Below, piece after piece: positions 7,969 through 16,511 of a stretch of DNA of 51,731 bases; position 1 is the stretch's first letter; every line of letters starts with the position of its first letter. The stretch lies in assembly GCA_019923605.1 (NCBI GenBank), contig JAHXGM010000002.1, forward strand, positions 1 through 51,731. Reading direction: 5' to 3'. Origin of the DNA: Candidatus Nealsonbacteria bacterium (GTDB lineage: Bacteria; Patescibacteriota; Minisyncoccia; Minisyncoccales; CSSED10-335). The translations under genes and the position numbers were made by a program. The notes below the pieces were generated by a model, which did not search any database, was not told the origin of the DNA, and was given only the letters and a program-made list of their open reading frames with translations.

Positions 7969-9642
7969 ATGATTAAGTCCAGACCAAATTTCTTGTTATC
8001 AATCTTAATTCTTTTTAGTTTTGTCATTCTTTTTAGATTAGCTCAATTTCAGATAGTTGATAATGATTATTGGAGGGCTATAGCTAGGGGTCAACAAAGG
8101 CAGTTTTTACAAACTCAAGGAGAGAGGGGTAAAATATTCGCGACTGATAGAAATAATAATCTTCATCTAGTAGCTACTAATAGGAGTTGGGAATATGTCT
8201 ATATTTCCCCCGGTGATATATGGAGAGGGGGTGGGGATCCTGAAGAAATTTCTCAAAGGTTGGGGGAAATTTTAGGAATAGAAAGTGCTTCAATACTTCA
8301 AAGAATAAATAAAAGAGATAGTTTATACGAGTTATTAAAAGTTCGATTAACCCCACAAGAAGTAAGAGAAATTAGAGAAGCTAATTTCCCCGGAGTTTAT
8401 ATCAGGAAAGATCTTTTGAGGTATTACCCTCATGATGAATTTGCATCACATGTTATCGGATTCGTTGGAGGAGAGGGTTCCGGTCAGTACGGAGTAGAAA
8501 ACTATTACAACAGCGTTTTGACGGGATCTAAGCGGTACCAAGAGGTTGATAGATCAGCGAGCGGAGTAATCAGCAGAATTTTTAGTCCATCATCTGATAA
8601 AGGTGAGGATTTAATTCTGACCATTGATTATAATATACAGTTTATGGCGGAAAAATTACTAGAAGAAGCTCAGGAAAAATTAAATATAGAAGGAGGCACG
8701 ATAATAGTTAGTGATCCTCATGATGGTAGAATATTAGCCATGGCTAATTTACCTAAATTTAACTTAAATGAATATCAAAAAGAAAGCGATTTTAGAACAT
8801 TTAAAAATTCGGCCATACAAACTATCTTTGAACCAGGATCAATATTTAAATCAATAACGTTAGCCATTGCCCTAGAAGAAGGCAAAATAACTCCAGAAAC
8901 AACTTACCAAGACCAAGGATTTGTTCAGATAGGTGGATTTACTATTCGTAATTTTGGCCGAAGAACTTGGGGTAATATTAATATGACAAAGATGTTGGAA
9001 AGATCGATTAATACCGGCGCCATTTTTGCCCAACGTTTAGTTGGGCATGATGTCTTTAAATATTATTTGGATAAATTTGAACTATTTAAACCTACCGGAA
9101 TAGATCTTCAGGGAGAGGTCTATTCATCAAATTTGAGTTTTAAACGAGGCTATGAGGTTAATTATGCCAATGCCTCATTTGGTCAGGGAATAGAATTTAC
9201 TTCAATTCAAATACTTAAAGCCTTTTCAGCGTTAGCTAATGGCGGTAGATTGGTTAATCCCCATGTTGTTTATCGAGGTGATTCTGTAGAGCAAGGAGAG
9301 AGAGTTATTTCTAACAAAACATCTTCTCAAATTACATCAATGATGATTAGTGTGACTGAAAATGGTTCCGCAAAGAGCGCTCGAATACCAGGTTATTACG
9401 TGGCTGGAAAAACTGGAACTGCTCAGGTTTCTTGGGCAGCTCTTGGTCAATCTAGGCGAGGTTATTCTGATAAGACTATACAAAATTTTGTTGGATATGC
9501 TCCAGCCCTTGATCCTGTTTTTATAATAATTGTTAAATTACATAATCCTAGCACCAAAACTGCTGAATTTTCGGCAGCACCTATTTTTAGGGAATTAGGT
9601 AAGTATATCTTGAATTATTATCAAATACCCCCAGAAAGATAA
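7969..9642 (+). CDS. ftsI: Class B penicillin-binding protein (FtsI/PBP2-type transpeptidase)
   Basis: N-terminal TM segment and PBP dimerisation region. Motifs SIFK (SxxK), SIN (SxN) and KTGT are present. Confidence 0.88.
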   Translation: MIKSRPNFLLSILILFSFVILFRLAQFQIVDNDYWRAIARGQQRQFLQTQGERGKIFATDRNNNLHLVATNRSWEYVYISPGDIWRGGGDPEEISQRLGEILGIESASILQRINKRDSLYELLKVRLTPQEVREIREANFPGVYIRKDLLRYYPHDEFASHVIGFVGGEGSGQYGVENYYNSVLTGSKRYQEVDRSASGVISRIFSPSSDKGEDLILTIDYNIQFMAEKLLEEAQEKLNIEGGTIIVSDPHDGRILAMANLPKFNLNEYQKESDFRTFKNSAIQTIFEPGSIFKSITLAIALEEGKITPETTYQDQGFVQIGGFTIRNFGRRTWGNINMTKMLERSINTGAIFAQRLVGHDVFKYYLDKFELFKPTGIDLQGEVYSSNLSFKRGYEVNYANASFGQGIEFTSIQILKAFSALANGGRLVNPHVVYRGDSVEQGERVISNKTSSQITSMMISVTENGSAKSARIPGYYVAGKTGTAQVSWAALGQSRRGYSDKTIQNFVGYAPALDPVFIIIVKLHNPSTKTAEFSAAPIFRELGKYILNYYQIPPER

Positions 9643-9646
9643 GAAA

Positions 9647-10252
9647 ATGAATTTATTTTTTAAACTATTATTTTTAATAAAAAAACCAAAAGTGGTCGTT
9701 GTTTTTGATCAAGGCCTTTTGATTAATCCTTTGCTATTTAACATTTTTGAAAATGAATATGGGATTAGTAAAACTTCTCTTGAGTCAACCAGCATTCTTG
9801 GATTGTTTAGAAATTACCCGCTAATTGTTAAATGGGATGGAAAAAAAACAAAGATAATAAGTTTTTTGGTTCGTCATTCATCTTTTCCAATACTTTTACT
9901 GAATAATATTCCAGAAAATAATAACGATTTTTATTCTCTTATAAAATCTATTCCTCGAAATGGATATCTTATCACTGATCTTGATAGTCTAAAGAATCTA
10001 AAGCGAGTAGGTGAATTGGGAGATATTAATTTCATATCAACTGGTTTTGATGAGAAATCAGAAGTTTGGGCGAGTGATATTAATATTGGAACAGAAACTA
10101 ACTTTAAATTAAGATATGGTGGTGATGCTATACCATTTTGGTTTGATAGGGAATTGGCCGAAGAGGAGATAATGGCGACATTACTTGCTGTTGGTTCGGC
10201 TATGGTATCTGGTATTAATTTAGTTAAAATATCTCAAATATTTAAGGGTTAG
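9647..10252 (+). CDS. Mur-ligase central-domain-like protein with a degenerate P-loop (MurF/MurE relic)
   Basis: 201 aa, in the position where murE/murF follow ftsI. PKVVVVFDQGLL replaces the xxITGTNGKT P-loop. LLLNNIPENNND resembles xVxTNIxxxHL. The tail SDINIGTETNFKLRYGGDAIPFWFDRELAEEEIMATLLAVGSAMVSGINLVKISQIF resembles the end of the MurF central domain. The N- and C-terminal domains are missing. Confidence 0.5.
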   Translation: MNLFFKLLFLIKKPKVVVVFDQGLLINPLLFNIFENEYGISKTSLESTSILGLFRNYPLIVKWDGKKTKIISFLVRHSSFPILLLNNIPENNNDFYSLIKSIPRNGYLITDLDSLKNLKRVGELGDINFISTGFDEKSEVWASDINIGTETNFKLRYGGDAIPFWFDRELAEEEIMATLLAVGSAMVSGINLVKISQIFKG

Positions 10253-10304
10253 TCAGTTTACAATTAGACTAATTATTGTTATTATCTGTACAGCTCATTT
10301 ATAT

Positions 10305-10492
10305 AAGAAGGGGAGGTGGAAAAAAGGGGGGATTAAAAATGAGAAGAATGAAAGTCTTTGAGAATGAAACCGGCGTTGTATTGCCGGATAAGTTTGAAAA
10401 GGCGAGAGTTCTCATCTTGCAGTTAGATGTTAAAAAACTGCAAGATGTGATTTCATTGACGAATGAGTGAAAATAAACTACCCCCCCTTCTT
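10305..10492 (+). other. Structured G-rich/C-rich bracketed element (candidate small RNA or leader), alternatively a 43-codon ORF
   Basis: AAGAAGGGGAGG (10305-10316) is complementary to CCCCCCCTTCTT (10481-10492) at 11 of 12 positions. Inside is a perfect 12-bp hairpin CATCTTGCAGTT/AACTGCAAGATG (10413-10424 / 10436-10447), plus the shorter hairpins CCGGC...GCCGG and TCATT...AATGA. The ATG at 10339 opens MRRMKVFENETGVVLPDKFEKARVLILQLDVKKLQDVISLTNE. Confidence 0.35.
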
Positions 10493-10497
10493 TTTTT

Positions 10498-10569
10498 GGC
10501 CCCATCGTCTAGCGGTTAGGACTCCAGATTCTCAATCTGGCAACACGGGTTCGATTCCCGTTGGGGTCA
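10498..10569 (+). tRNA. tRNA-Glu (anticodon CTC)
   Basis: Hand-folded cloverleaf. Acceptor GGCCCCA/TGGGGTC, D arm GTCT..GGAC, anticodon arm CCAGA-TTCTCAA-TCTGG, T arm ACGGG-TTCGATT-CCCGT, discriminator A. No CCA is encoded. Confidence 0.9.
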
Positions 10570-10614
10570 CACTATTTAAGATGTGTATTTTGACATATCT
10601 TTATTTGATCAAAA

Positions 10615-11730
10615 ATGCTTAAAATAATATATGCTACATCAGTAATTGTCGGAACTATTATTGGAGTGGGTTTTTTTGCGATACCTTTTCTTACTCTAAA
10701 AGTCGGTCTTTGGGTTATGTTAGGGTATTTTTTTGTGCTCGGAATCGTTGCAATATTAATCCATTACTTTTTAGGAGAAGTGGTTTTACAAAGTCCTGAT
10801 TTTGTTAGAATTCCCGGATTTGCAAAAATATATTTGGGTAAGTGGGGTTATAGAATTGCTTTAATTTCCGGAATCCTTGGTCTTCTCGGTGCATGCTTAG
10901 CTTATTTAATATTAGGAGGTGAGTTTCTTGCAGCTATTCTAATTCCAATTTTTGGAGGTAGTGTCGAGATGTATACTTGGCTATACTTTACCCTCGGAGC
11001 AATTCTTATCTTTGTGGGAATTAAGGCAATAGATAAAGTTCAATTCTGGGGTATCGTTCTTTTCTTATTAGTTTTAGTCGGTCTTTTCTTTAGGGGTAGA
11101 GACCATATTGATGTTTCTAATTTTCTAGTTTTTGATATTGATCGTTCGTATATTTTTCTTCCTTATGGAGTAGTTCTTTTTTCGCTTTGGGGCCTTTCAT
11201 TAGTTCCGGAAACAGAAGAGTTATTGGGCAAACAAAGGTTATTATTAAGGAAAATTATTCCAATAGCGATAATTATCCCGATTATAGTTTATATTTTCTT
11301 TACCTTTATTATTCTTGGCATAACTGGAGAAGCAACTACTGAGTCAGCCTTAACGGGTCTTCAAGGAATATTTGATAGCGGAACAACAGCCATGATACTA
11401 TTTTTGGGAGTGATAACTACATTTACATCATTTATTGCATTGGGGTTAACTCTTAAGAAAATATTCTGGTTTGACCTAAAGATTCAAAAGAACCTTTCAT
11501 GGTTTATAGCCTGTTTTATTCCAATCTTTCTATTTACCATAGGATTTAAGGATTTTATTAGAGTAGTTGGATTTGTTGGTGCCGTTATGTTGGCCGTAGA
11601 TGGTATCTTGGTGACCTTAATGTATCAGAAAATAAAACCACCTAAAGTAAGATTTATTACTTATCCCTTGATTGTCGGTTTAATTTTAGGAATAGTATAC
11701 GAATTGATATATACTGCTAATATTATTTAA
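10615..11730 (+). CDS. Amino-acid permease (aromatic amino acid/TnaB-Mtr-TyrP-like family)
   Basis: 371 aa with about 11 TM segments. N-terminal SVIVGTIIGVGFFAIPF resembles the transporter signature. Confidence 0.6.
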   Translation: MLKIIYATSVIVGTIIGVGFFAIPFLTLKVGLWVMLGYFFVLGIVAILIHYFLGEVVLQSPDFVRIPGFAKIYLGKWGYRIALISGILGLLGACLAYLILGGEFLAAILIPIFGGSVEMYTWLYFTLGAILIFVGIKAIDKVQFWGIVLFLLVLVGLFFRGRDHIDVSNFLVFDIDRSYIFLPYGVVLFSLWGLSLVPETEELLGKQRLLLRKIIPIAIIIPIIVYIFFTFIILGITGEATTESALTGLQGIFDSGTTAMILFLGVITTFTSFIALGLTLKKIFWFDLKIQKNLSWFIACFIPIFLFTIGFKDFIRVVGFVGAVMLAVDGILVTLMYQKIKPPKVRFITYPLIVGLILGIVYELIYTANII

Positions 11731-11732
11731 TT

Positions 11733-12692
11733 ATGTTGATTCTTCATATATTTATCTTTCTTCTGTCTTGCTTATTCTTAGTTCTTTCAGCTAAGTGGTT
11801 TATTGATTCTTTAACTGGTATTGCTAAATGTTTGGGTTGGAAAGAATTTGTTGTTGCTTTTTTTACAGTTTCTTTGGGTGCAGTAGCGCCGGAATTTTTT
11901 ATTGGAATTAGTTCAGCCATTAATGATATTCCCGAACTTGCATTTGGTAATATTATAGGCCAGAACATATTTCTTTTAAGTTTTACCATTGGAGTCTGTG
12001 CCTTGGTTCTAAAGGGTGGGATAGAGGTTGAGAGTAAAACCGTAAGATCTGGATCGACTTTTGCAATAATCGCAGCCATATTGCCCCTCATTCTAATTTT
12101 AGATGGAAATCTTTCTAGGTCTGATGGATTTATTCTTTTATCCTTTTTCATTGCCTTTATATTTTGGCTTTTTTCAAAGAAAGAGCGATTTAGAAAAATT
12201 TATGAGGGAGCTGAAGAACAAAAGGGGCTATGCGCTGTTTTTAAGAACTTTGGAGGGTTGATTTTGGGATTAGTTCTTATCGTTATTAGCGCTGAAGGTA
12301 TAGTTAGGTCATCAATTATTTTTTCTGATATTTTAGGAATTTCACTTCCAATGATTGGAATTCTTATTGTAGCAGTTGGAGTAGGACTGCCTGAAACATA
12401 CTTTTCTGTAATGTTAGCTAAAAAGGGTCAGTCTTGGATGATATTAGGTGGTCTGATGGGAGCGATTGCAATGTCTTCTACTTTAGTTTTAGGCTTAGTG
12501 GCTATAATTAATCCTATTAATCTTGATCTAGCAGAGATTCCATCTCTTGTTGTGGCAAGGGTATTTCTTCTTATTTGTGCATTGCTTTATCTCTTTTTTG
12601 TTAGAAGTGGAAAGAAGATATCAACCAAAGAAGGAATTATATTGTTATCAATCTATATATCTTTTGTTGTTCTTGAAATTTTGATTAAATAG
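11733..12692 (+). CDS. Ca2+/cation antiporter (CaCA/YrbG family Na+/Ca2+ exchanger)
   Basis: Alpha-repeat motifs AFGNIIGQNIF and GVGLPETYFS, in a protein of about 10 TM segments. Confidence 0.8.
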   Translation: MLILHIFIFLLSCLFLVLSAKWFIDSLTGIAKCLGWKEFVVAFFTVSLGAVAPEFFIGISSAINDIPELAFGNIIGQNIFLLSFTIGVCALVLKGGIEVESKTVRSGSTFAIIAAILPLILILDGNLSRSDGFILLSFFIAFIFWLFSKKERFRKIYEGAEEQKGLCAVFKNFGGLILGLVLIVISAEGIVRSSIIFSDILGISLPMIGILIVAVGVGLPETYFSVMLAKKGQSWMILGGLMGAIAMSSTLVLGLVAIINPINLDLAEIPSLVVARVFLLICALLYLFFVRSGKKISTKEGIILLSIYISFVVLEILIK

Positions 12693-12711
12693 TGTTAGTA
12701 TTTTTTCAGAT

Positions 12712-13743
12712 ATGGGTGATTATACTTATTTGATCCTTGTTAATGTGCTATTTTTAGTCTTGCTTCTTGCGATGGTAGTTTTGTTTTTAAGAAAGTCAAG
12801 AATAGATTATAATCAAAGTCAAGAAATAAGGGACTTAGAAAGAAGGATAACTGACCTAATGATTGGTCAATTAAATGAAATAAGGGGTAGTGTTGACTAT
12901 ACTTCAAAGAGTATGTACGACCAAGTCTCTTCATTTACCGAAGAAACAGTAAGAATAATAGAGGGATTAAAACAGGTACAAGCGACAGTAAGTGATATTT
13001 CATCTTTTCAGGATATCTTTAAGAAACCTCAGTTAAGAGGGCAGTGGGGAGAAGCCTCTTTAAATCATCTTTTAGGAGAATATTTCCCGGAAGACTTTTA
13101 TAAAATACAATATTCTTTTTCTAGCGGAGAGCAGGTGGATGCTATATTAAAACTTCCCAACGATAGATTGCTTCCGATTGATGCTAAGTTTCCTTTTGAT
13201 AACTTTGAAAAAATGATGAAAGCAGAGTCAAAGGAGGAAAAAGATATTTTTAGAAAGAAGTTCATTGAAGATGTTAAGTTTAAGATAAAAGATATCTCTT
13301 CGAAATATATTCTTCCTTCAGAAGGAACTCTTGATAGGGCACTAATGTATATTCCAGCGGAAGCAGTGTTCTATGAAGTAATGTTCAATTTAAAAGAAGA
13401 GGATATTGCAAGCTATGCTTTAAAGAATAAAGTGATTGTGACTTCTCCCAATACCATTTATTTGACTTTAAAAACGATAATAGATTGGTTAAGAGATGTT
13501 CAGCTTTCAAAGCAAACTCAAGATATTCTTAAAAGACTTGAGAGAATTCAAGAGGATTCAAACAAGTTAGTGGATGATTTCAGAAAGACCGGTTCTCATT
13601 TGAGAAATGCCGTATCAAGTTATGAGAATGCAGAGAAAAGACTTTCTTTGCTCTCTCAAAGAGTTGGAAGGATAATAGAAGGGCCTGGAAATTTAAAAAA
13701 GTTAAAAAATAACGAAGAAAAATATGATTCAAGCAGTGATTAG
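12712..13743 (+). CDS. rmuC: DNA recombination protein RmuC
   Basis: N-terminal TM segment plus coiled coil. RGQWGEASLNHLL, PIDAKFP and YIPAEAVFYE are RmuC signatures. Confidence 0.85.
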   Translation: MGDYTYLILVNVLFLVLLLAMVVLFLRKSRIDYNQSQEIRDLERRITDLMIGQLNEIRGSVDYTSKSMYDQVSSFTEETVRIIEGLKQVQATVSDISSFQDIFKKPQLRGQWGEASLNHLLGEYFPEDFYKIQYSFSSGEQVDAILKLPNDRLLPIDAKFPFDNFEKMMKAESKEEKDIFRKKFIEDVKFKIKDISSKYILPSEGTLDRALMYIPAEAVFYEVMFNLKEEDIASYALKNKVIVTSPNTIYLTLKTIIDWLRDVQLSKQTQDILKRLERIQEDSNKLVDDFRKTGSHLRNAVSSYENAEKRLSLLSQRVGRIIEGPGNLKKLKNNEEKYDSSSD

Positions 13744-14041
13744 AACCGGAGGAAAACAATACATTGTTTTGCCTGGGCAAAAAATAAAAATCGAAAAACT
13801 GGATATTGAAGAGGGGAAGGATGTTTCTTTTGATGAAGTCCTTCTTGTAAGAGACGGAGAAGATGTTAAGGTAGGAACTCCTTTGGTTGAGGGAGCCAAA
13901 GTAACTGGAAAGGTTTTAGCCCATGATAAGAGGGACAAAGTAATTATCTTTAAGTATAAGTCTAAGAAAAGATCTAGAGTTAAGAAAGGACACAGACAAC
14001 CTTTTTGTGAAGTTGAGATTACCGAGATTAAAGTTAAGTAG
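13724..14041 (+). CDS. rplU: 50S ribosomal protein L21
   Basis: MIQAVIRTGGKQYIV...KYKSKKRSRVKKGHRQPF. The start lies 20 nt inside the 3' end of rmuC. Confidence 0.93.
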   Translation: MIQAVIRTGGKQYIVLPGQKIKIEKLDIEEGKDVSFDEVLLVRDGEDVKVGTPLVEGAKVTGKVLAHDKRDKVIIFKYKSKKRSRVKKGHRQPFCEVEITEIKVK

Positions 14042-14043
14042 AG

Positions 14044-14070
14044 AAAACGGCCATTGGCCGTTTTTTATTT
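14044..14070. terminator. Bidirectional intrinsic terminator between the convergent rplU and recR genes
   Basis: AAAACGGCC-att-GGCCGTTTTTT. It overlaps the recR stop codon. Confidence 0.8.
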
Positions 14071-14673
14071 TCTTCCCTCAAGAGCAGATCCAAGAGTTTC
14101 GTCATCTATATATTCTAGTTCTCCACCCGTTGGAAGGCCTCTAGCTAAGCGGGTGGTTTTTATTTTATGAGGTTTTATCAGTCTTTCTAGATATAGGGCG
14201 GTCGTTTCCCCTTCAGGAGTAAAGTTAGTTGCAATAATTACCTCTTCAAAGGGCGAATCTTTTAGGGTCTGATTTAATTCTTGAGTTCTGATTTTCTTAA
14301 CAATTGCCTTTTTAAGCGGTGAAAGAGTTCCACCGAGTATGAAGTATAGTCCTTTATATTTTTTAGTTTGCTCAATTGAAAGGAGATCATTTTCTTTCTC
14401 AACAATGCATAAAATTTTTCTATTCCTGGAAGGGTTCAGGCAGATACCGCATAGACTATCTTCTTCAGATGATATTTCAAAATGATTAAAGCAAAAGCTA
14501 CAAGTTTTTATCTTTTTTCTTACATCTTCTATACTTTTTACTAAATCATTTATTTCTTCATCAGAAAGATTGATTATATAAGTTGAAAAACGATCTGCTG
14601 TCCTAGGGCCGATCGTTGGGAATTTTGAGAATATCTCAATTAATTTTTGTATTGATCTGGGACGTAGAGTCAT
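14065..14673 (-). CDS. recR: Recombination protein RecR
   Basis: HhH motif PTIGPRTADRFS, zinc finger CSFC...CGIC, and a Toprim region. Confidence 0.92.
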   Translation of the reverse strand: MTLRPRSIQKLIEIFSKFPTIGPRTADRFSTYIINLSDEEINDLVKSIEDVRKKIKTCSFCFNHFEISSEEDSLCGICLNPSRNRKILCIVEKENDLLSIEQTKKYKGLYFILGGTLSPLKKAIVKKIRTQELNQTLKDSPFEEVIIATNFTPEGETTALYLERLIKPHKIKTTRLARGLPTGGELEYIDDETLGSALEGRK

Positions 14674-16478
14674 TATTCTTGGTCTTCGTAATGTGTTTCC
14701 ATATTTTTAAAACTGGCTGTTTTCTCATCAAAGAATAGCTCTACTTTTCCAACCGGACCATTTCTGTGTTTGGCAATAATAATATCAGCGATATTTTTTC
14801 TTGAGGATTCAGGGCGATACTTATCTTCTCTATGAATGAAAAGGACCACATCTGCATCTTGTTCAATGGAATTTTCAACGATAATGCCATTAGCAACGAA
14901 ATTATGCAGACCTGGTACTGTGGCATCGTAAACCTCTTCAACACTAAGAGGTTCAATGGAAACTATTTCATCCCAGAAAATGTCGGCTTTAGTCATATTA
15001 TTTTCCGAGCTTTTAATATCCAACCTTTTGGGGGTGGCGATATGATCTCCTACTTTAAGCTCATCAAGTCGAGTCCATCCGCTCACTTTCCAGAAGGGAT
15101 GATTGGCGGAAGCCTTGATTTTTTTTCCGCTCCTAGTTTTTAGTCTGTAAATCATTTTTTTGCCGGTCGGGAATATTTTTGACATCTTACTGGCGACCAC
15201 GCGGTAATCTTCATTCATGCTGTAAATCGGCACATCGGTATGCCCAACCAAATCTTTTATCGCAACAAGTTCTCCCGTGTCGGATAGATGAATGAGCGTA
15301 TCTCCCGCAAGACATCCGGACTCTCTTAAGTCGGAAAGTCTTGGTATTTGAGGGGTTCTTTGTTCAACTGCTCTTGATAATTGAGATAGCGCCAGTACCG
15401 GAATATTTAATTCTTTAGCTAGTCCTTTTAATGATCTGGAAATTTGGCTCATTTGTTGAACCATTGATTCATAATTATTTCTTCCTGAATCCATTAGTTG
15501 AAGATAGTCAACAACAAGAAGATCAAGACCTTTATCAGCCTGAAGTCTTCTAGCCATTGCTCTCATTTGAAGTATATCGGAAGTTGCAGAATCATCTACA
15601 TATATTTTAGTTTCAGAAAGAATGCTTAGGGCGCGTTGTATTCTTTGAAAATCATTATCGTCACCACTCTCTGATAATTGTCCGGTTCTTAATCTCCAAA
15701 GATCAATATTTGCTATGGATGAAATGAATCTATCAACGACTTGATCTCGGGACATCTCAAGGCTAAAAATGCCAACTGAAGCTTTTTGATTAATGGCTGC
15801 ATTAAGAACAGCATTAAAAGCGAGAGATGATTTACCAAGGGATGGTCGTGCTGCTAAGATAACGAGATCTGATTTTTGAAACCCTGAAAGCATATTATCC
15901 AGTCTGTGAAATCCAGTTGGAACTCCTCTTATTGATCCTTCAAACTTGGAAAGCTTATCAATTCGTTCAAAAGTTTCTTCAAGGCTATCTTTTACTAAAA
16001 CAAAGCTCTGACTCATTGAATGCTCTGAGATGCTAAATATTTTTCTTTCAGCAAAATCAAGGATGTTATCTACTTCTCCATCTGAACCCTCATAGGCCAG
16101 TGATCCAATTTCCTGACTGGATTCAATAAGGTCTCTTAAAATTCTTTTCTTCTGGACTATCTTGGCATAGTTTGTAACATGGCTTGCAGTTGGAACAGAA
16201 TTAACTAATTCAGAAAGGTAAGTACTACCTCCAGTAGATTCAAATTGTCCTCGCTCTTTTAATAAAGAAGAAACAGAAAGTAAATCTATAGGCTCTCTTC
16301 TTTCAAAAAGAGTTAGAATTGCCGAGTATATATCTTGGTGGTTTCTCTTGTAGAAATCCCTAGCTTTAAGAAAATCAACCACTTTAACGATAGCGTTTTT
16401 ATCTATCATTAAAGACCCAAGCAATGAATGCTCAGCTTCTACGTTTTGTGGTGGTAATTTATATTGGTTTTGACTCAT
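14673..16478 (-). CDS. dnaB: Replicative DNA helicase DnaB, interrupted by a mini-intein
   Basis: NVEAEHSLLGSLM N-terminus and Walker A ARPSLGKSS. The H4 motif is split as LSDLRESG | intein | SIEQDADVV. The protein is 601 aa, against about 450 aa for intein-free DnaB. Confidence 0.93.
   Translation of the reverse strand: MSQNQYKLPPQNVEAEHSLLGSLMIDKNAIVKVVDFLKARDFYKRNHQDIYSAILTLFERREPIDLLSVSSLLKERGQFESTGGSTYLSELVNSVPTASHVTNYAKIVQKKRILRDLIESSQEIGSLAYEGSDGEVDNILDFAERKIFSISEHSMSQSFVLVKDSLEETFERIDKLSKFEGSIRGVPTGFHRLDNMLSGFQKSDLVILAARPSLGKSSLAFNAVLNAAINQKASVGIFSLEMSRDQVVDRFISSIANIDLWRLRTGQLSESGDDNDFQRIQRALSILSETKIYVDDSATSDILQMRAMARRLQADKGLDLLVVDYLQLMDSGRNNYESMVQQMSQISRSLKGLAKELNIPVLALSQLSRAVEQRTPQIPRLSDLRESGCLAGDTLIHLSDTGELVAIKDLVGHTDVPIYSMNEDYRVVASKMSKIFPTGKKMIYRLKTRSGKKIKASANHPFWKVSGWTRLDELKVGDHIATPKRLDIKSSENNMTKADIFWDEIVSIEPLSVEEVYDATVPGLHNFVANGIIVENSIEQDADVVLFIHREDKYRPESSRKNIADIIIAKHRNGPVGKVELFFDEKTASFKNMETHYEDQE
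14871..15314 (-). mobile_element. DnaB mini-intein (148 aa, no homing endonuclease domain)
   Basis: Starts with CLAGDTLI (block A). Block B is KASANHPF. Block F/G is VYDATVPGLHNFVANGIIVEN, followed by Ser+1. It closely resembles cyanobacterial DnaB mini-inteins at the same insertion site. Confidence 0.88.
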
Positions 16479-16511
16479 AACGATTTAATTATACAGCAAA
16501 AAGTGGATATA

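Noticed and set aside
10276-10505. Track ORFs 10276..10470 (+) and 10299..10505 (-)
   Set aside because: The minus-strand ORF runs into tRNA-Glu. The plus-strand ORF uses a non-ATG start in a G-run. Only the internal ATG at 10339 is kept, as an alternative reading of the structured element.
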